Below the pieces are notes generated by a model, which was given only the letters and a program-made list of their open reading frames with translations, was not told the origin of the DNA and did no database searches. A stretch of 64,000 bases of DNA from the human T2T-CHM13v2.0 reference genome, Homo sapiens. The stretch lies in assembly GCF_009914755.1 (NCBI RefSeq), contig NC_060935.1; one strand, 5' to 3'. The position numbers were made by a program, and so were the translations under genes. Below, piece after piece: positions 12,225 through 24,774 of this stretch (positions are counted from its first letter, which is position 1; every line of letters starts with the position of its first letter).

Positions 12225-12392
12225 CTAACACTCACTGAGAACATAGTATATGTCAGGCACTGTTCTAAACATACTTCATGTAGTCTCTTATTCAATTTGT
12301 ACATAAATATGATGGTAGGTGTCATTGTTTTGCTTATTTTATAGCTGAAAAATGAAAAAAAGAGAGACAAAGAGGCTAAAAAATGTGTGCCG
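12225..12392 (-). mobile_element. MIR SINE
   Basis: tatgtcaggcactgttctaaac ... tattttatagctgaaaaa. Confidence 0.75.
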
Positions 12393-12974
12393 TTGAGGTA
12401 AATGGAAAGATTCGAGAGGGGCTAGTTTAAATGCAGGGCGAGTGTTTAGAAGGAAGAGAGATGGAGAGGATATGCACATTCAAGTTACATTTCAAGTTAT
12501 TTGTATGGATTGTTAAATTCAGTATGCTGATTTGATGTCCTGTGTATGAAAATAAAGTCATTGAACTAATCTTATTTTAAGCAGTAGAGCCCAGACCAAA
12601 AGAAAGTGACATGGCTCTAGTATTACTTCAATTGATATTCTTAATTATAATATTATTGATGTTCTGTAAGAAAGCCTAGAGGCAAAAGCAAAATTAAAAT
12701 TAATCATATTCAACATTAAAATCAATAGGCAAAACCATGTGAAGACTTGCAGTAATAATTCATAGAAATCACCTTCTCATTACCCATTTCACTACATACT
12801 TACAGGACTTAAAAAATGTGCCTTTTAGATATAGGCCCAATTATTTACACATTTCAAACACACGGTTCATTTTACCAGTGTACCATAAAAATATTTGTAA
12901 GAAATGCTCAGTTAAGAGCCTTAAATTATTGACCTTCTTTTGAGTGGGTGAGCTGGAATTTTAAAGAGATTTGA

Positions 12975-13245
12975 GGTTTCCCCAGATGTGTTCTATGAAA
13001 CCTTATTTAGTAAGTCTACAAAGAATATTGTGGTCAAGTACGCTGGGAAAGTGCAGGCTTATACAAACTTGAGTAATTTTCTTTACTGCAGTATGTTTCA
13101 AAACTATTAGTATGCTAATATAAGTTGTGAATCATTAAGTTGGAGATAGAGTATGCATTTTCCAAAATGAATTTCCCTACATAGTTCTCTTTTTCAGAGT
13201 CATCCTAACAGACTTGGGTTAAACAGAGAATGTTTTGGGTAACTC
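12975..13245. mobile_element. Old hAT-Charlie MITE (MER112/113-like; subfamily uncertain)
   Basis: gtttcccagatgtgttctatgaaac, gtggtcaagtacgctgggaaa, ctttactgcag...tatgctaat. Confidence 0.55.
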
Positions 13246-13669
13246 TGATGTAAGCTTCTTATAAGAATATAAGCATAATATAGTATATGTAATACATATA
13301 TAGTAATATGTATTTCATACAATAGTATATTGTATATTATCCTCTCATATAGTGGTGTAACCCTTTCTTCTACTATATAATAATATTTAGACATTACTTA
13401 CATATACGATATTTTCTAATTGTAAGTTGCAAAAAATAGTCATAAAGAAGATAGCAAAAATTATCTCTAATTACTCCATCTAGAGATTATTACTATTATC
13501 ATTTTTCATTTTACGTATTTCTTATTTGTTGAGGTTGTACGCTGTTTGCATATGCTTTTGTTTCATTCTCTTTTAACTTAATGTTAGAATGACTCTTATT
13601 CCATCAAAATATATTTTGAATACATAGATAAATTTTTATTCTGGTCTTTGGAGGATTATTAATAGGTGT

Positions 13670-13850
13670 AATGGGTAAGAGACTGGATGAATTATTAGGA
13701 GACCCAAATTTAATTTGAATCTTTGCTGCTAATCAGCTGCATGCCCATGACCTAGTCACTTAACATATTTGGGTCATTGCTTTTTCTCATTTGTTATTTG
13801 AGGTGATTGGACTAGATAATTGGTAGGGTCACAACCAGCTGCTAAATGCT
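13670..13850 (+). mobile_element. MIR/MIR3 SINE
   Basis: ttaggagaccc ... gctgctaatcagctg ... agtcacttaac. Confidence 0.6.
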
Positions 13851-15299
13851 ATTATCCTATAATTTCCCCATATTATTTCAGACTTCAGGGTGTCTGAATT
13901 GCCTGGTATTTTAGAAAGTTATTAGCTTTCTGTGAACACTTTGCATGCTACCATGGCTCCATTTTATAAGATAACTCACAATCAATTACCTATCAATATT
14001 AATTAGAAGAAAAGGCATCATTGCCTGTGAACTCTTGTGTTTTCTACTATAAATTGAAAAAAACATTAACTGCAGAATGTCCATTTATGTATTATCTCAT
14101 GGAATCTTAATTCTCAAAGAATCAAAAGAAAGTTTCTTATTAACAAAATAATTATTTCTTCACTCTTATGTTAATTAATTACAAATACAAATTATCCCTG
14201 AAAAGATAGGTGAAATGTAAATGTATTTGAAATGATTCAGATCTTTCTGTTTTCTGCCAAGTGTTAGATATATTGCTGAGCCTCTGACTTATCCTATTTG
14301 GCAAACAATGTGACTAGTATTTAGGAAAAGTAAAATCCTGCCTTCTTTGTTCATGCCCTTCTTCCCCCAAGACCCCCCATCCTCCCCAAAAGTTTGGTTT
14401 TATTTGTGATTAAATAGACTACATCAATCTTTTTTTTTTTTTTTTTTGGTCCACTGTGGTGCTTTAAATCATCATTCCTCTTTAAGTGAGTGAAAAAAGA
14501 AGGCGATTTTTTTTTTCAGTAATATTTTTCATATGCATATATGATCTCCCTGTTGTGCAGACTGGATCAGTAGACCATGTCATTAATTAGAATAACTGTC
14601 CTATGGGGCCAATCATTAACTTTGTATTTTATGGTACATTCTAAATACCTCCCATGGGTATGTACATAACATGAAATGCAGGGTAATGGGCAGATGGGAC
14701 CTTGGTGATTCTTTTCTTCACTGATTTACATTCCATCCCCACTGCACTCCCATCCCGCATCTAGTGATGCCCTAGTTTAAAAAAGATCGGTAGCTTGAGC
14801 TAGAGGATATAGGCAATTATACAGATTTAAATATAATTCCTGCAACCTGAATTTTTAAGTGAGGTTAATTCTTTTGAATTTATTTAACAACTTTTGAACA
14901 CTACTAGAAAGCAAGGATTTAAGGTTAAGAGAAAGGAAGTTCAGGAAGCAGTATGGTCTGATGTGAGCGAGTGACGTGCAGCAGTGAAGTGGCCCTTCAT
15001 GAATCGAGAACTATATCTACACTGTAACCAAACAACACATTCTATTTAAATGAGTATTTCTTTCCCTCCTGAGCCATGTTTGTGATATTTAATATTTCCC
15101 TTCTTGCTTTTTCAGAATCTTTAGTCAACAAAGTATCAAGCAAGAGAGGAGGTTTAATAAGAAGTGGTTTAAAAATAGTTCTTATATTTCCACTGTAAAT
15201 AAATCACTATCTCATCATATATATGAGATTATCTATCTCATATATAATATACGCCTCATCATACTACCTAAAATGATTTCCTGAAGTGATAACCTAAAA

Positions 15300-15870
15300 C
15301 AAATATGATAGAAAATTTGTTATTCCTATACAAAAGCTCATACAAGACAAAAGAAAATGCCAATTTCTCTAAAGAAAAATGGATAGATTACACAGGCAGA
15401 TAGAGAAAGAAACTGACCAATATACATATAAAATGCTTAACTTTAATATTATTCAAATGAACTCAAAACAAAAAAAGTCATTTTTATGTATCAATTGTTA
15501 ACCACTTAAAAATATTGTTGGTAAAGGTGACACCCATCTGATGGGAATACAAATCATTATAGATTTTCTGAATTTGACAATATTCATCAACTGTCCTTAA
15601 AATTTTATAAAACTACCCTGCAATTTCACTTGTAGGAGTATTAATTTAAAAAATAAAAGGGAAACATGCATGACAAACTATATTTATATTACTAGCAGGA
15701 AATACTGGAAACAAGTATCCAACTACAGGGAAGTTATTAAGTAAATTCTACTTCCACTATTAAAAATTTACATACACATTAAAAATCATATTCTCAAAGA
15801 ACATAAAAATATGTGCTGAAATGTTCATAATATAATTCTGAATGAGAAATGCCAACTGTATATTCAGTAG
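15300..15870 (+). mobile_element. Highly decayed L1ME-like fragment
   Basis: accctgcaatttcacttgtaggagtatt; actggaaacaa; gaaaaatgga. Confidence 0.55.
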
Positions 15871-16097
15871 TTTCTGAAATTTTATTTTTAATGTTCATTC
15901 CTCCCTCCCCCAACTGTATGACTCCTAGAGCAGAGGTCAGGGTGAATCAGAATGAGATTAAAGGAGTGTTTTAAAAACAGTTCTTGCATTTCCCCTGTCA
16001 AATAGAGAATAACCAGCACATGGATTTATAAACTCTTAACATTGTATACACTAAGTTCCTATTAATAGTCTTAATTCTTACATTTCATGAGGGTTGG

Positions 16098-16258
16098 GAC
16101 CAGGACTGTGGAGCCCAGTGCAAAAGTAAAATGCTTAGTAATTTCCTCCCAAATTATTAAGCTTATCAGGAGGGTGGAAACACGGCATTAAACCAAGTAT
16201 GGGGCCCTTGTAAGGTTCTGAGCTTGGACCTTGTCTGACTGCACTGGTGGAGCCCACA
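16098..16258 (-). mobile_element. MER45A-like (hAT-Tip100) MITE
   Basis: gagcccagtgcaaaagtaaaatgc ... gcattaaaccaagtatggggccctt ... gactgcactggt. Confidence 0.7.
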
Positions 16259-16894
16259 TTGTATTAAAAGCAAGGATTTAAGGTTAAGAGAAAGGAAGGG
16301 AATTATACTTCCCCTCTAGTATAATTCAAGGAACTTGAAAAGTGAACATGTATTCAGCTTGCTATCCATGAAACCTATGTCTCTTTTTCACTAAGAACAA
16401 GTATTGAAGTGTTTTTTTTTACCAGACCTATGTAGTAGAATATTTCTATCTAAATGCATACGTCCACACATATCTCTGATAAACGTAAGTGTGCCAACTT
16501 GTATCCACCACCAGTATGTCAGATTTCTTCTAGCACCTGATTTTCAACCAAGATTTCTTTTTATCAGTGCCCCAAAGTACTATTATAGATAATATAATCA
16601 GAAAGAAGCTAAAAAAACTATCAAACTTTGTGCTTAAGGCCTCTATTTGAGTCATTAAAACACATCAAAAACCTCTTCGAAATTTATTAGGCAGCTGGTG
16701 GCATTAGAAAATTCTCATTGTTCTAAGTGTCTGACAGTGGGGATTTGCCTAAAGATTATTGGCCTGGTCTGTTTCCAGATAATTAAAATTCTGAACTGAA
16801 TATATGTGTAGTTATGGTAGAAAACAGTTCCAGGTGAATTCGTTAAGATTTGCAGCACTATGCCTGAAATTTATAAATGTAACCTTGATTATGC

Positions 16895-17165
16895 TTTTTT
16901 TTATATTAAGAGGTCGGATCTCACTTTGTTGTCCTGGCTTGTGTGCAGTGGCTCAGTCACAGCTCACTGCAGCCTTGAATTCCCAAGCTCAAGTAATTCC
17001 CTTGCCTCATCCTCCAGAGTTGCTGGGACTACAGGTGTATACCACCACGTCTGATTAAATTAATTTTTTCTTGTAGAGAAGGGGATCACACTGTGTTGGC
17101 CAGGCTGGTGTCAATCTCTTGGCCTTAAGCAATCCTCCTGTCTCAGCTTCCTGAAGCTCTGGGAT
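16895..17165 (-). mobile_element. AluJ, slightly 5'-truncated
   Basis: cacagctcactgcagccttgaattcccaagctcaag ... ggccttaagcaatcctcctg. Confidence 0.9.
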
Positions 17166-17534
17166 CAATTAAGCTCCTGATTTGATTTTGGTATATCGAA
17201 CCAGGGATATTCCAGTTATATCAAATCATGAAGTAGATGATTTTGGGAGTAAGGCTTAGAATTAATGATAGAGTGTTTTATTTCCCTTGAGGTGGCCAGG
17301 GCAGTCATCGCCATTCTAGACAGTACAGCAAACCCTAGAACCACCATGTGCTATCTCTCACCTGCATTTTCTGCCTTCATGTTCTCTGAAACATGAATCA
17401 AGAAAGTAAAACAAAATAATATTTTGGACAAATCTCCTCCTTTTAGAAATGAGGAAACTATGACCTGGGATACAACTTGAAGTTCATTTAATTTTCACAT
17501 GTCATGAAATGTTCTTCTTTTGATTTTTTTTCCC

Positions 17535-17635
17535 AACCATTTGAAAATTTAGAAACCATTGTTGGCTGGCAAGCCATAGGAACCTAGGTAGTAGACTGAG
17601 GTTGATCCTTGGACTATATTGTTTGCTGACCTCTG
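17535..17635. mobile_element. MER58-family (hAT-Charlie) terminal fragment
   Basis: aaccatttgaaaatttagaaaccatt ... gtttgctgacctctg. Confidence 0.6.
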
Positions 17636-18596
17636 TCATGAAACATTCTTCAAAAATAAATAATCAGTTGAAAGAATTAAGTGAGAAATGGATGGCTGAA
17701 TAAACAAGTGAATGAACTGAGTATAATTAATATTATATGACCTGGTAGTAAATGGATCATTATTCAAAAATTAAAATTTAATTATGTCAGACCTAGTTAA
17801 CTGCTGCTTAATTAATGTCTTAATTCCAAAACTGTTAAGGGTGTAGATAGTGTTTCAAGTAAAGTTCATTTTGCATTATGAAAGTAATGTATAGCCAGCC
17901 AGCTAAATAAATAAAGATCAAAAAGAAATGAATACATAATTATTATGGAAATTTTGGAAAATTTAGAGGCATAGAAAGATGAAAACTCTAGTGCCACCTG
18001 CCATCCAGAGGTAACTATTATTAATCTTTTAATATAACACTTTGATTGATCAAGCGTTTTTCTGTATTCCAAGATGCTCCAAGGAGACAGGTCCCTAGCA
18101 CTGTCATGATTCTTTCCTAAATAACTAGCACCCAAGGCTGCTCATGTGGGAGTCCTACATAAAAGCACCAGCAGTAAGAGCAAGATCCCTCTCTGAACCA
18201 TGATTCATGATGTGCCCAGCTGTGGCCGCCCAAGCACAAGTCTCCATGTGATGCTGAGAAGATAGGGGAACCACTTGACTCCAGCAGCTGCCAAATGTCT
18301 GTTAGTTCTAGTTTGCAGTAAGTGATGTTTTCCCAAACCATTTGCTGTACAGTAACACTCAACATGGGGCTCTGTTCGCTTGAGGCTTCTCTTCCCCAAG
18401 GGCAAAGATATTTGCTCTATTAGAAATATATCCATGCAGAATGTCTTCTGACATCCCCTTCATCTCATCTGGCTGCCCTGCATATTTTGTCAAGGCAGGT
18501 CACAACTAAGTAAACAGCTGAACAATATTTATTAATTTTTCTTTCTGCTTTGCCCCTTTGAGTCCCATGTTCTCTCTTTCAATTCCAGGCTGAATG

Positions 18597-18814
18597 TGGC
18601 TGCACAGGAACCATTTTGATGCAGTTTTCCTGCACTGGGACAGAGAGCTCTCCACGAGGCTGTCTCAGCCCTCCTCTGCTGAGACAGACTTACTACACAA
18701 ACTACTGGCTGCACAGGAACCATTTTGATGCAGTTTTCCTGCACTGGGACAGAGAGCTCTCCACGAGGCTGTCTCAGCCCTCCTCTGCTGAGACAGACCT
18801 ACTACACAAACTAC
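18597..18814 (+). repeat. Tandem duplication, 109 bp x2
   Basis: 18597-18705 and 18706-18814 differ at one base (gacTtac / gacCtac). Confidence 0.97.
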
Positions 18815-19807
18815 ACATATATTTTTTTCTATGGGGTTTGCATCTTCCAGGGTGAGACCCGGAACTCCTCTTTCCAGAAACCACAAATGACTGTACCACT
18901 GTCCAGAAACCATAAGTGTTAGAAATTTATTTCTATTTTTTTTCCTTCTCTTTTCTCCAGTCCAGAAAATAATCTTTTTTGGGTTGTGGGTGGAGAGAAG
19001 ATTGTAAGTACTGCTCTCACTACTAATATTTCTCCCAAATCATTTGTCTCTGCCTCCAGTGCTGTCTTTTCCTCTGAGGACTGAGACTTTTGGAAACAAA
19101 ATGTAGGATGGCAGCTATTTTCTCTGCTTTCCCCTGTATTACAGCCCTCCCTAAGGCCCTGCACATAGAAAAGTACAGTGGCTTTAATTGAGGCATTGCA
19201 AGTAGTTTCGAGAAGCAAGCCAACTCTCTGGAGGAAAAAAAAAAAGAGATTGGTTTCTATATAAGAAATATTATCCAGCTACATTTGTTTAACATAAACT
19301 TTATTTTCCTAATTTATTTTCCAAGATCCTCAATCTATTAAAAATAAATTAACACCTTTGAACATCTGTGGAACATACTCTGAACATTGCTATCTGTGAC
19401 CATCATGTTTTCCAAAACATTCATATTTGCAATCTCATTTCTAGATTTTTCCTACAATAGAAACCTAAGAAGTAGTATCTATTTGCTTAATTTCTTCCAA
19501 GGGAACCTGTGGAAAGTAAATAACAAAACAGCCCAGACACAGCACAGAAGGAAGATTTATTAATCCGCACAGCTTTAGTAGCATCTGATACTGCAGACAT
19601 TAATTCAATGCATAGCAATTACATACTACCATGTACCAGGTACTGTGCTAGACTCAAAATACCTGTTTATACCAGAGATTTCATCATAGCTAGTAAATCT
19701 GGGAAGTAACAGAGTCCATTGTCATAAGCCAACTTTTATTTTTCCCTGAGGATTTCTTAATAATACCTCTCATTTTCTGTCATAGACTCTTGGATACTTC
19801 GGAACAG

Positions 19808-20013
19808 TGCAATTATCCAACAGAACTTTCTGCAATGAAGGGAATGTTCTATGTCTGTGCTGTCCAATAAAGTAACAATAAGTTACGTGCAGCTATTGAC
19901 CACTTGAACTGTAGCCAGTGTGACCAAGAGACTAAATTTTTGTCTTATTTAATTTTAATTGAATTGAATTTAAATAGTTCCATGTGGTTAGTGGTTGCCT
20001 TATTGGACATAAT
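19808..20013 (+). mobile_element. MER3 (hAT-Charlie) MITE
   Basis: tccaacagaactttctgcaatgaagggaatgttctatgtctgtgctgtccaata ... catgtggttagtggttgccttattggaca. Confidence 0.9.
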
Positions 20014-20896
20014 TGCTTTAAAATCTTCTCCTGAGACTTAACCAAAGTAACTGGGTCACTCATCTTTTATCAAATTTCTGATAACTTAAAATTTCTTGGT
20101 TTTTAGAAGCAAAAAGTTAAAAAAAATTTTAAGCAAAGATAAAAAAAAGAAAAGGTGCTGGAAAGGAACAGAGGGATAATGGAATTAAAAGAAGTAACAG
20201 GTGGGCTTGTGAAATGAGGAAAGATTGAGATAACTCCAGAATGCTAGAAAGTAGTTTCCTCAGCAGTGGTCTCATTGCAGACTAGCTGCAATAGTCTGCT
20301 TTGGACAGCTCCCTGGGGTGAATAAATGCCATGTGTTCCTGGTTTCATTTGCTTGCATTGCAAAGTCCCAGAAGAGAATGCTTTATTGGCTAAGTGCTGT
20401 CATGTGCCATTCCTTTGAAGTGAGAAGATTTCAGCTTTTCTTGCTTCTGCAGAAAGAACAAGGCATACGTATTACCCATCTACATTCACCATTCCACCTA
20501 TCCTGCACACAATAAGGCAGAAACAGTTTTTCACAAGGAAATGATGATGTTATCAGAAAGATGAATAAATACTGGGTACTCTCAAACCGACAAATGTCTC
20601 TATACCTTGCAGGTTAATGAGACAGCTTCATTAAGATGAATAAAAGTTATCTAAGTAAAGCCATTCAATATTCCCCCAATTTTGATCATTCTGGAAAATT
20701 ACTGAATTATGGTAAGTTGACAAATATCACTACCCATGATTGACCTCATTTTAGAGATGAAGAGATTTTATCCTTATGCTTGAAGTCTACCAACAAAATC
20801 ATTAATGAATTATGGAAAGTTTATAGATTATTATACTATAAATAATAGTACACACAAATTATTCAGAAATTGCTTTTAATGGACTCCAAAATAATA

Positions 20897-21394
20897 CAGC
20901 AGTCCCCAATGTTTTTGTCACCAGGGACCAGTTTTGTGGAAGACAATTTTTCCACGGACTGGGGTGCAGGGAATTGTTTCAGGATGATTCAAGCACATTA
21001 CATTTATCAACTTCTTTATTTCTATTATTATTATATAATAATATGCAACAATATGATTATACTACTCACCATAATGTAGAATCAGTGGGAGCCCTGAGCT
21101 TGTTTTCCTGCAAGTAGACTATCCCATTTTGGGGTGATAGACAGTGACAGATCATCAGGCATTAGATTCTCATAAGGAGCACACAATCTAGACACCTCAC
21201 ATGTGCAGTTTACAATAGGGTTCACGCTCCTATAAGAATCTAATGTTGCCAATGATCTGACAGGAGGCAGAGCCAGGCAGTAATGCCAGCGATGGGAAGT
21301 GGCTGTAAATAGAGATGAAACTTCACTGGCTCACCCCGCCACTCATCTCCTGCTGTGCGGCGGTGGTCCGTGGCCCAGGGGTTGTGGAACCCTA
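20897..21394 (+). mobile_element. MER1A (hAT-Charlie)
   Basis: gtccccaatgtttttgtcaccagggaccagttttgtggaagacaatttttccacggac; gatcatcaggcattagattctcataaggagc. Confidence 0.92.
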
Positions 21395-22761
21395 ATATAA
21401 GGTGTATATTACAACTGGCTCATACTTGTTACCTGACATGGTTTCAGTGTGTGCCCCCTGCATTGTACTTTATTTATAGCAGGACTCTTCAGTGGGGGCT
21501 ATATCACCTCTAAGAGGGTAAACACTTGTTTTTGAGAGGGAGAAAATAAAAACTGACTATTTTTTAAATATAAATCACAGCTATAAATTCAGTACATATG
21601 CAATATATATGTGGTGTTAATGTTTCAGGGGCTGAGGGAGGGAATGAGGGAACAACTTTAAAAGTAGAAAAATGCTCCTTAAGGGACTAATAATAATAAT
21701 AATAAAAAGGCTGAAATGTGTGCCAAATTTTAAAATGCAAAATAATGCAGCCAAAAGCCAAAGGTTTTACTCCTCATTATTGTCCTCTAAGGAGTCTCTG
21801 TAGGCTCGATGTTTCTACAAAGGCAATTTATGTTTCTTAAAACATTTATGTGAATTAATTTTCACTGGCATTTTCTTTACAGTTGGAGAAGTAAAACAAG
21901 TAAAGAGGCATCTCTCCAAATGTGTATTTAAGAATTCAGCGGAGTTGTGTGACCCTGAGTCCCAGAGGTCCTCTAAACATCTTCCAATGGGTCTTCCTCT
22001 TTTTTTCTAGGGCACCTGACCTCCAGTTGGAGAAGAAGAACACTGCAAATAACTTTCCATATGGAGAGCATTGCAGCAGTAAAAATGACTCTGAGCCAGA
22101 GTTAGGAAGACTTACAGCCCCATATAGCAATCTGACCTCACAAGACTCTGCATTTTACTCTGTACCATGTGGAAGTTGCATTCAATAATGTTTATGGCCA
22201 CATGCTCGTTTGAACGTCTACTGTTTGGGATAAAGAAATTTCCTCAGAAATTATTTTTACCCAGTCAGGACCCTTCATCTTGGATAAAGCTTCATTCACT
22301 CATGTATTTGAACTGACTTAGGTTAGTTGATAATCAGTTTCATAGAAGTTCTAGAGATTCCTGAAAGAGTATCTCTGTGTGCCAGGGTTTCAGTGGTAAA
22401 TAGAAATTGAAAATTAAGAAATCTGAATGCAGGCAGGTTGCTTATCTGGGAATGTATTGTGTTTAGATCTAAACGTCAAGTTATAGCTATTCTTTTTTCT
22501 CCTTCTGAATTCCTTCCTTTTCTAGCTATTGATGGTGGCAAGAGCCTGGTAGGACATATTTTTGGATGCTGCTCTGAAGCCCAGATTTCAGGAAGACTTT
22601 TGAGATGGGGGCAGATCAGGTTAAGGGAGCTGGTGTGAATGATTCCTTTCAGAAAGGTCAAAACTACGAATAGGAACATCACCAAGAACTGAGCCCTCTT
22701 TGGGTGGTGGAAACCTGAGCAATGGTGGGAATAATAATAATGCCACCTTCAGCAACAAAAA

Positions 22762-22940
22762 CAATGAATATTTACTGAAGATTTACATTGTACCAAGTGT
22801 TTTTCATAGATTTTTATTTTAGTCACCCTGTAACTTTACTACTCCAAGCTTATACAATGAAAAGGCCAAATCTCAGGTAGATTTCATTCATGGTCACACA
22901 GACAGAAGGTGATGAAACTGAGATTTGACATCGGCCAGTT
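22762..22940 (-). mobile_element. MIR SINE
   Basis: atatttactgaa ... ggtcacacag ... gaaactgagatttgac. Confidence 0.65.
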
Positions 22941-23002
22941 ATATAGCATTTGTCTCTACTATCATATAGGTATGGAGAGTAAGAGCCAGAGAAGTCTTTC
23001 AG

Positions 23003-23490
23003 ATAGTCAGCTACTGCAGCAACAATACTGTATAACAATCATCCCCAAACTCATGGCTTATAACACCCAGCATTTATTTTTATTGCTAATTGGTCTACAA
23101 TTAAGCTGGTAGGCTCAGCTCAGCTCCAGCTTCAAAGTCAGTCAAATTCAGGTCTACTCCATGTGTCTCATTCTGGGTTCCATTTTGAAAAGTTAGTGCC
23201 TTTCTGGGGCTTGCTTTCCTCATGGTGATCACAGGAATTTAAGCTTATGGACAGATTCACATGATGTCTCTTAAGCCCTTGACCTAAACCTGGTGCACTG
23301 TCACTCCCTCACGTACTTTACATTGGCAATTGCAAGTTATATAGCCAAGCTCCAATACTGGGGCGGCAGAGAGGGCAAGGATGCCTGCCATTGCAGGAGA
23401 ACCTGGAAAGACAAATGGCAAAGGATGCAGATGTATAACTCTAAAGCAAGGAGGGCATGAATAATTGAAAACAAGTCTTCTCTATTACAG
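23003..23490 (-). mobile_element. Old MLT1 (H/I-like) MaLR LTR
   Basis: agtcagctactgc...ataacaatcatccccaaactcatggctta; caggtctactccatgtgtctcatt; acattggcaattgcaagttatatagccaagc. Confidence 0.75.
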
Positions 23491-23698
23491 GTAGAATTTC
23501 TCAATTATAAACCACATGAGAGCTGAGCCCTAATCTTTTCTTCTTCCACATTCAAGGTAAATGAGAGTGAAAATTCAGAATTTAGGCCAGTCAAATATTT
23601 TGTGCTCTTTGATAAATCATAATGTCTCTTTGTAGACACAAACTTCACATAATCATCAAGATTTCCTTGGAACACCTAGTTAACTGTGGAATACTTGC

Positions 23699-23989
23699 TT
23701 TTTTTTTTTTTTTTTTTTTTTTTGAGAGGAAGGCTCACTCTGTGCACTCTGTGGCCCGGGCTGGAGGGGGAATTTTCTCCTCCTGGGTTCAAGCGATTCT
23801 CCTGCCTCAGCCTCCTGAGTAGCTGGGATTACAGATGTGCACACCATGCCTGGCTAATTTTTGTAATTTTAGTAGAGATGGGGTTTCACCATATTGACGA
23901 GGATGGTCTCAAATCCTGACCTCAAGTGATCTGCCTGCCTTGGCTTCCCAAAGTGCTGGGATTACAGGTGTGAGCCACTGTACCCAGCT
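23699..23989 (-). mobile_element. AluS with a deletion/rearrangement in the right arm
   Basis: Poly(T), ctgacctcaagtgatc, cccaaagtgctgggattacagg; TSD gaatacttgc / gaatgcttgc. Confidence 0.95.
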
Positions 23990-24774
23990 GAATGCTTGCA
24001 CTTTGATGAGAATATCCTTGTTAGGCACACAAAGCCTAATAATTCAACCTTTATTAGTGTCCAGATACTTTCCCCTTCCCAGAACAACAGTCATTTTCTG
24101 ATTTGCTTGTTTTAATTTTATAGCCACTCCCTGTTTGTGTCTCCTTCTTACATCTGCTGTACTTACATATTTATATGAATTGTTGACTACCTTTCATTCT
24201 TTCCTGAGTTATAAGGCCTATTTCTATCAGTTTCCTTCTTCTTGCTTGCCATTGATGGATTCATTGTTGATCTTCTATTTTCTCTCTTCTGGCTATTTTT
24301 GTAGTTTTGTTTACCACTAGTAATCAATAAAGACTGCAATAAATCCATTTTTAAATGAAATGGACAAAAGAGTGACACCCTCAAAAAAACAGTGATGGTA
24401 AAATACATCAAATACGGAAACAAGTGCTAGACCTGGGGTCTAAAAAAGGGGTGTAAACTCTGCCATTTTCTTCCTAATCACAAGCAAACCCCACGGTACA
24501 TTTGGACTTTAGCTCTTACTCTGTTAAGCATGAGGAAAATAACATAGAATTGTACATTGCAGAAAGACGTATGTTTATTATTGTTCCTAATAACAAATAG
24601 AAATGGAAAATAAACATTTATCAGAGAGAAATGGTTAAATAAAAATGATATATCCACATAATGGAAATACATGTAGTCATATAAATTCTATATACAATAT
24701 CATGGAAAGATAGACTTGAAATAATTGTTAAATTTTAAAAATCTTGTTTATTTTTAAAAATTTACTTATATATT

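Noticed and set aside
21480-21730. Possible old hAT DNA-transposon relic
   Set aside because: Only a vague resemblance; I could not define the family or termini.
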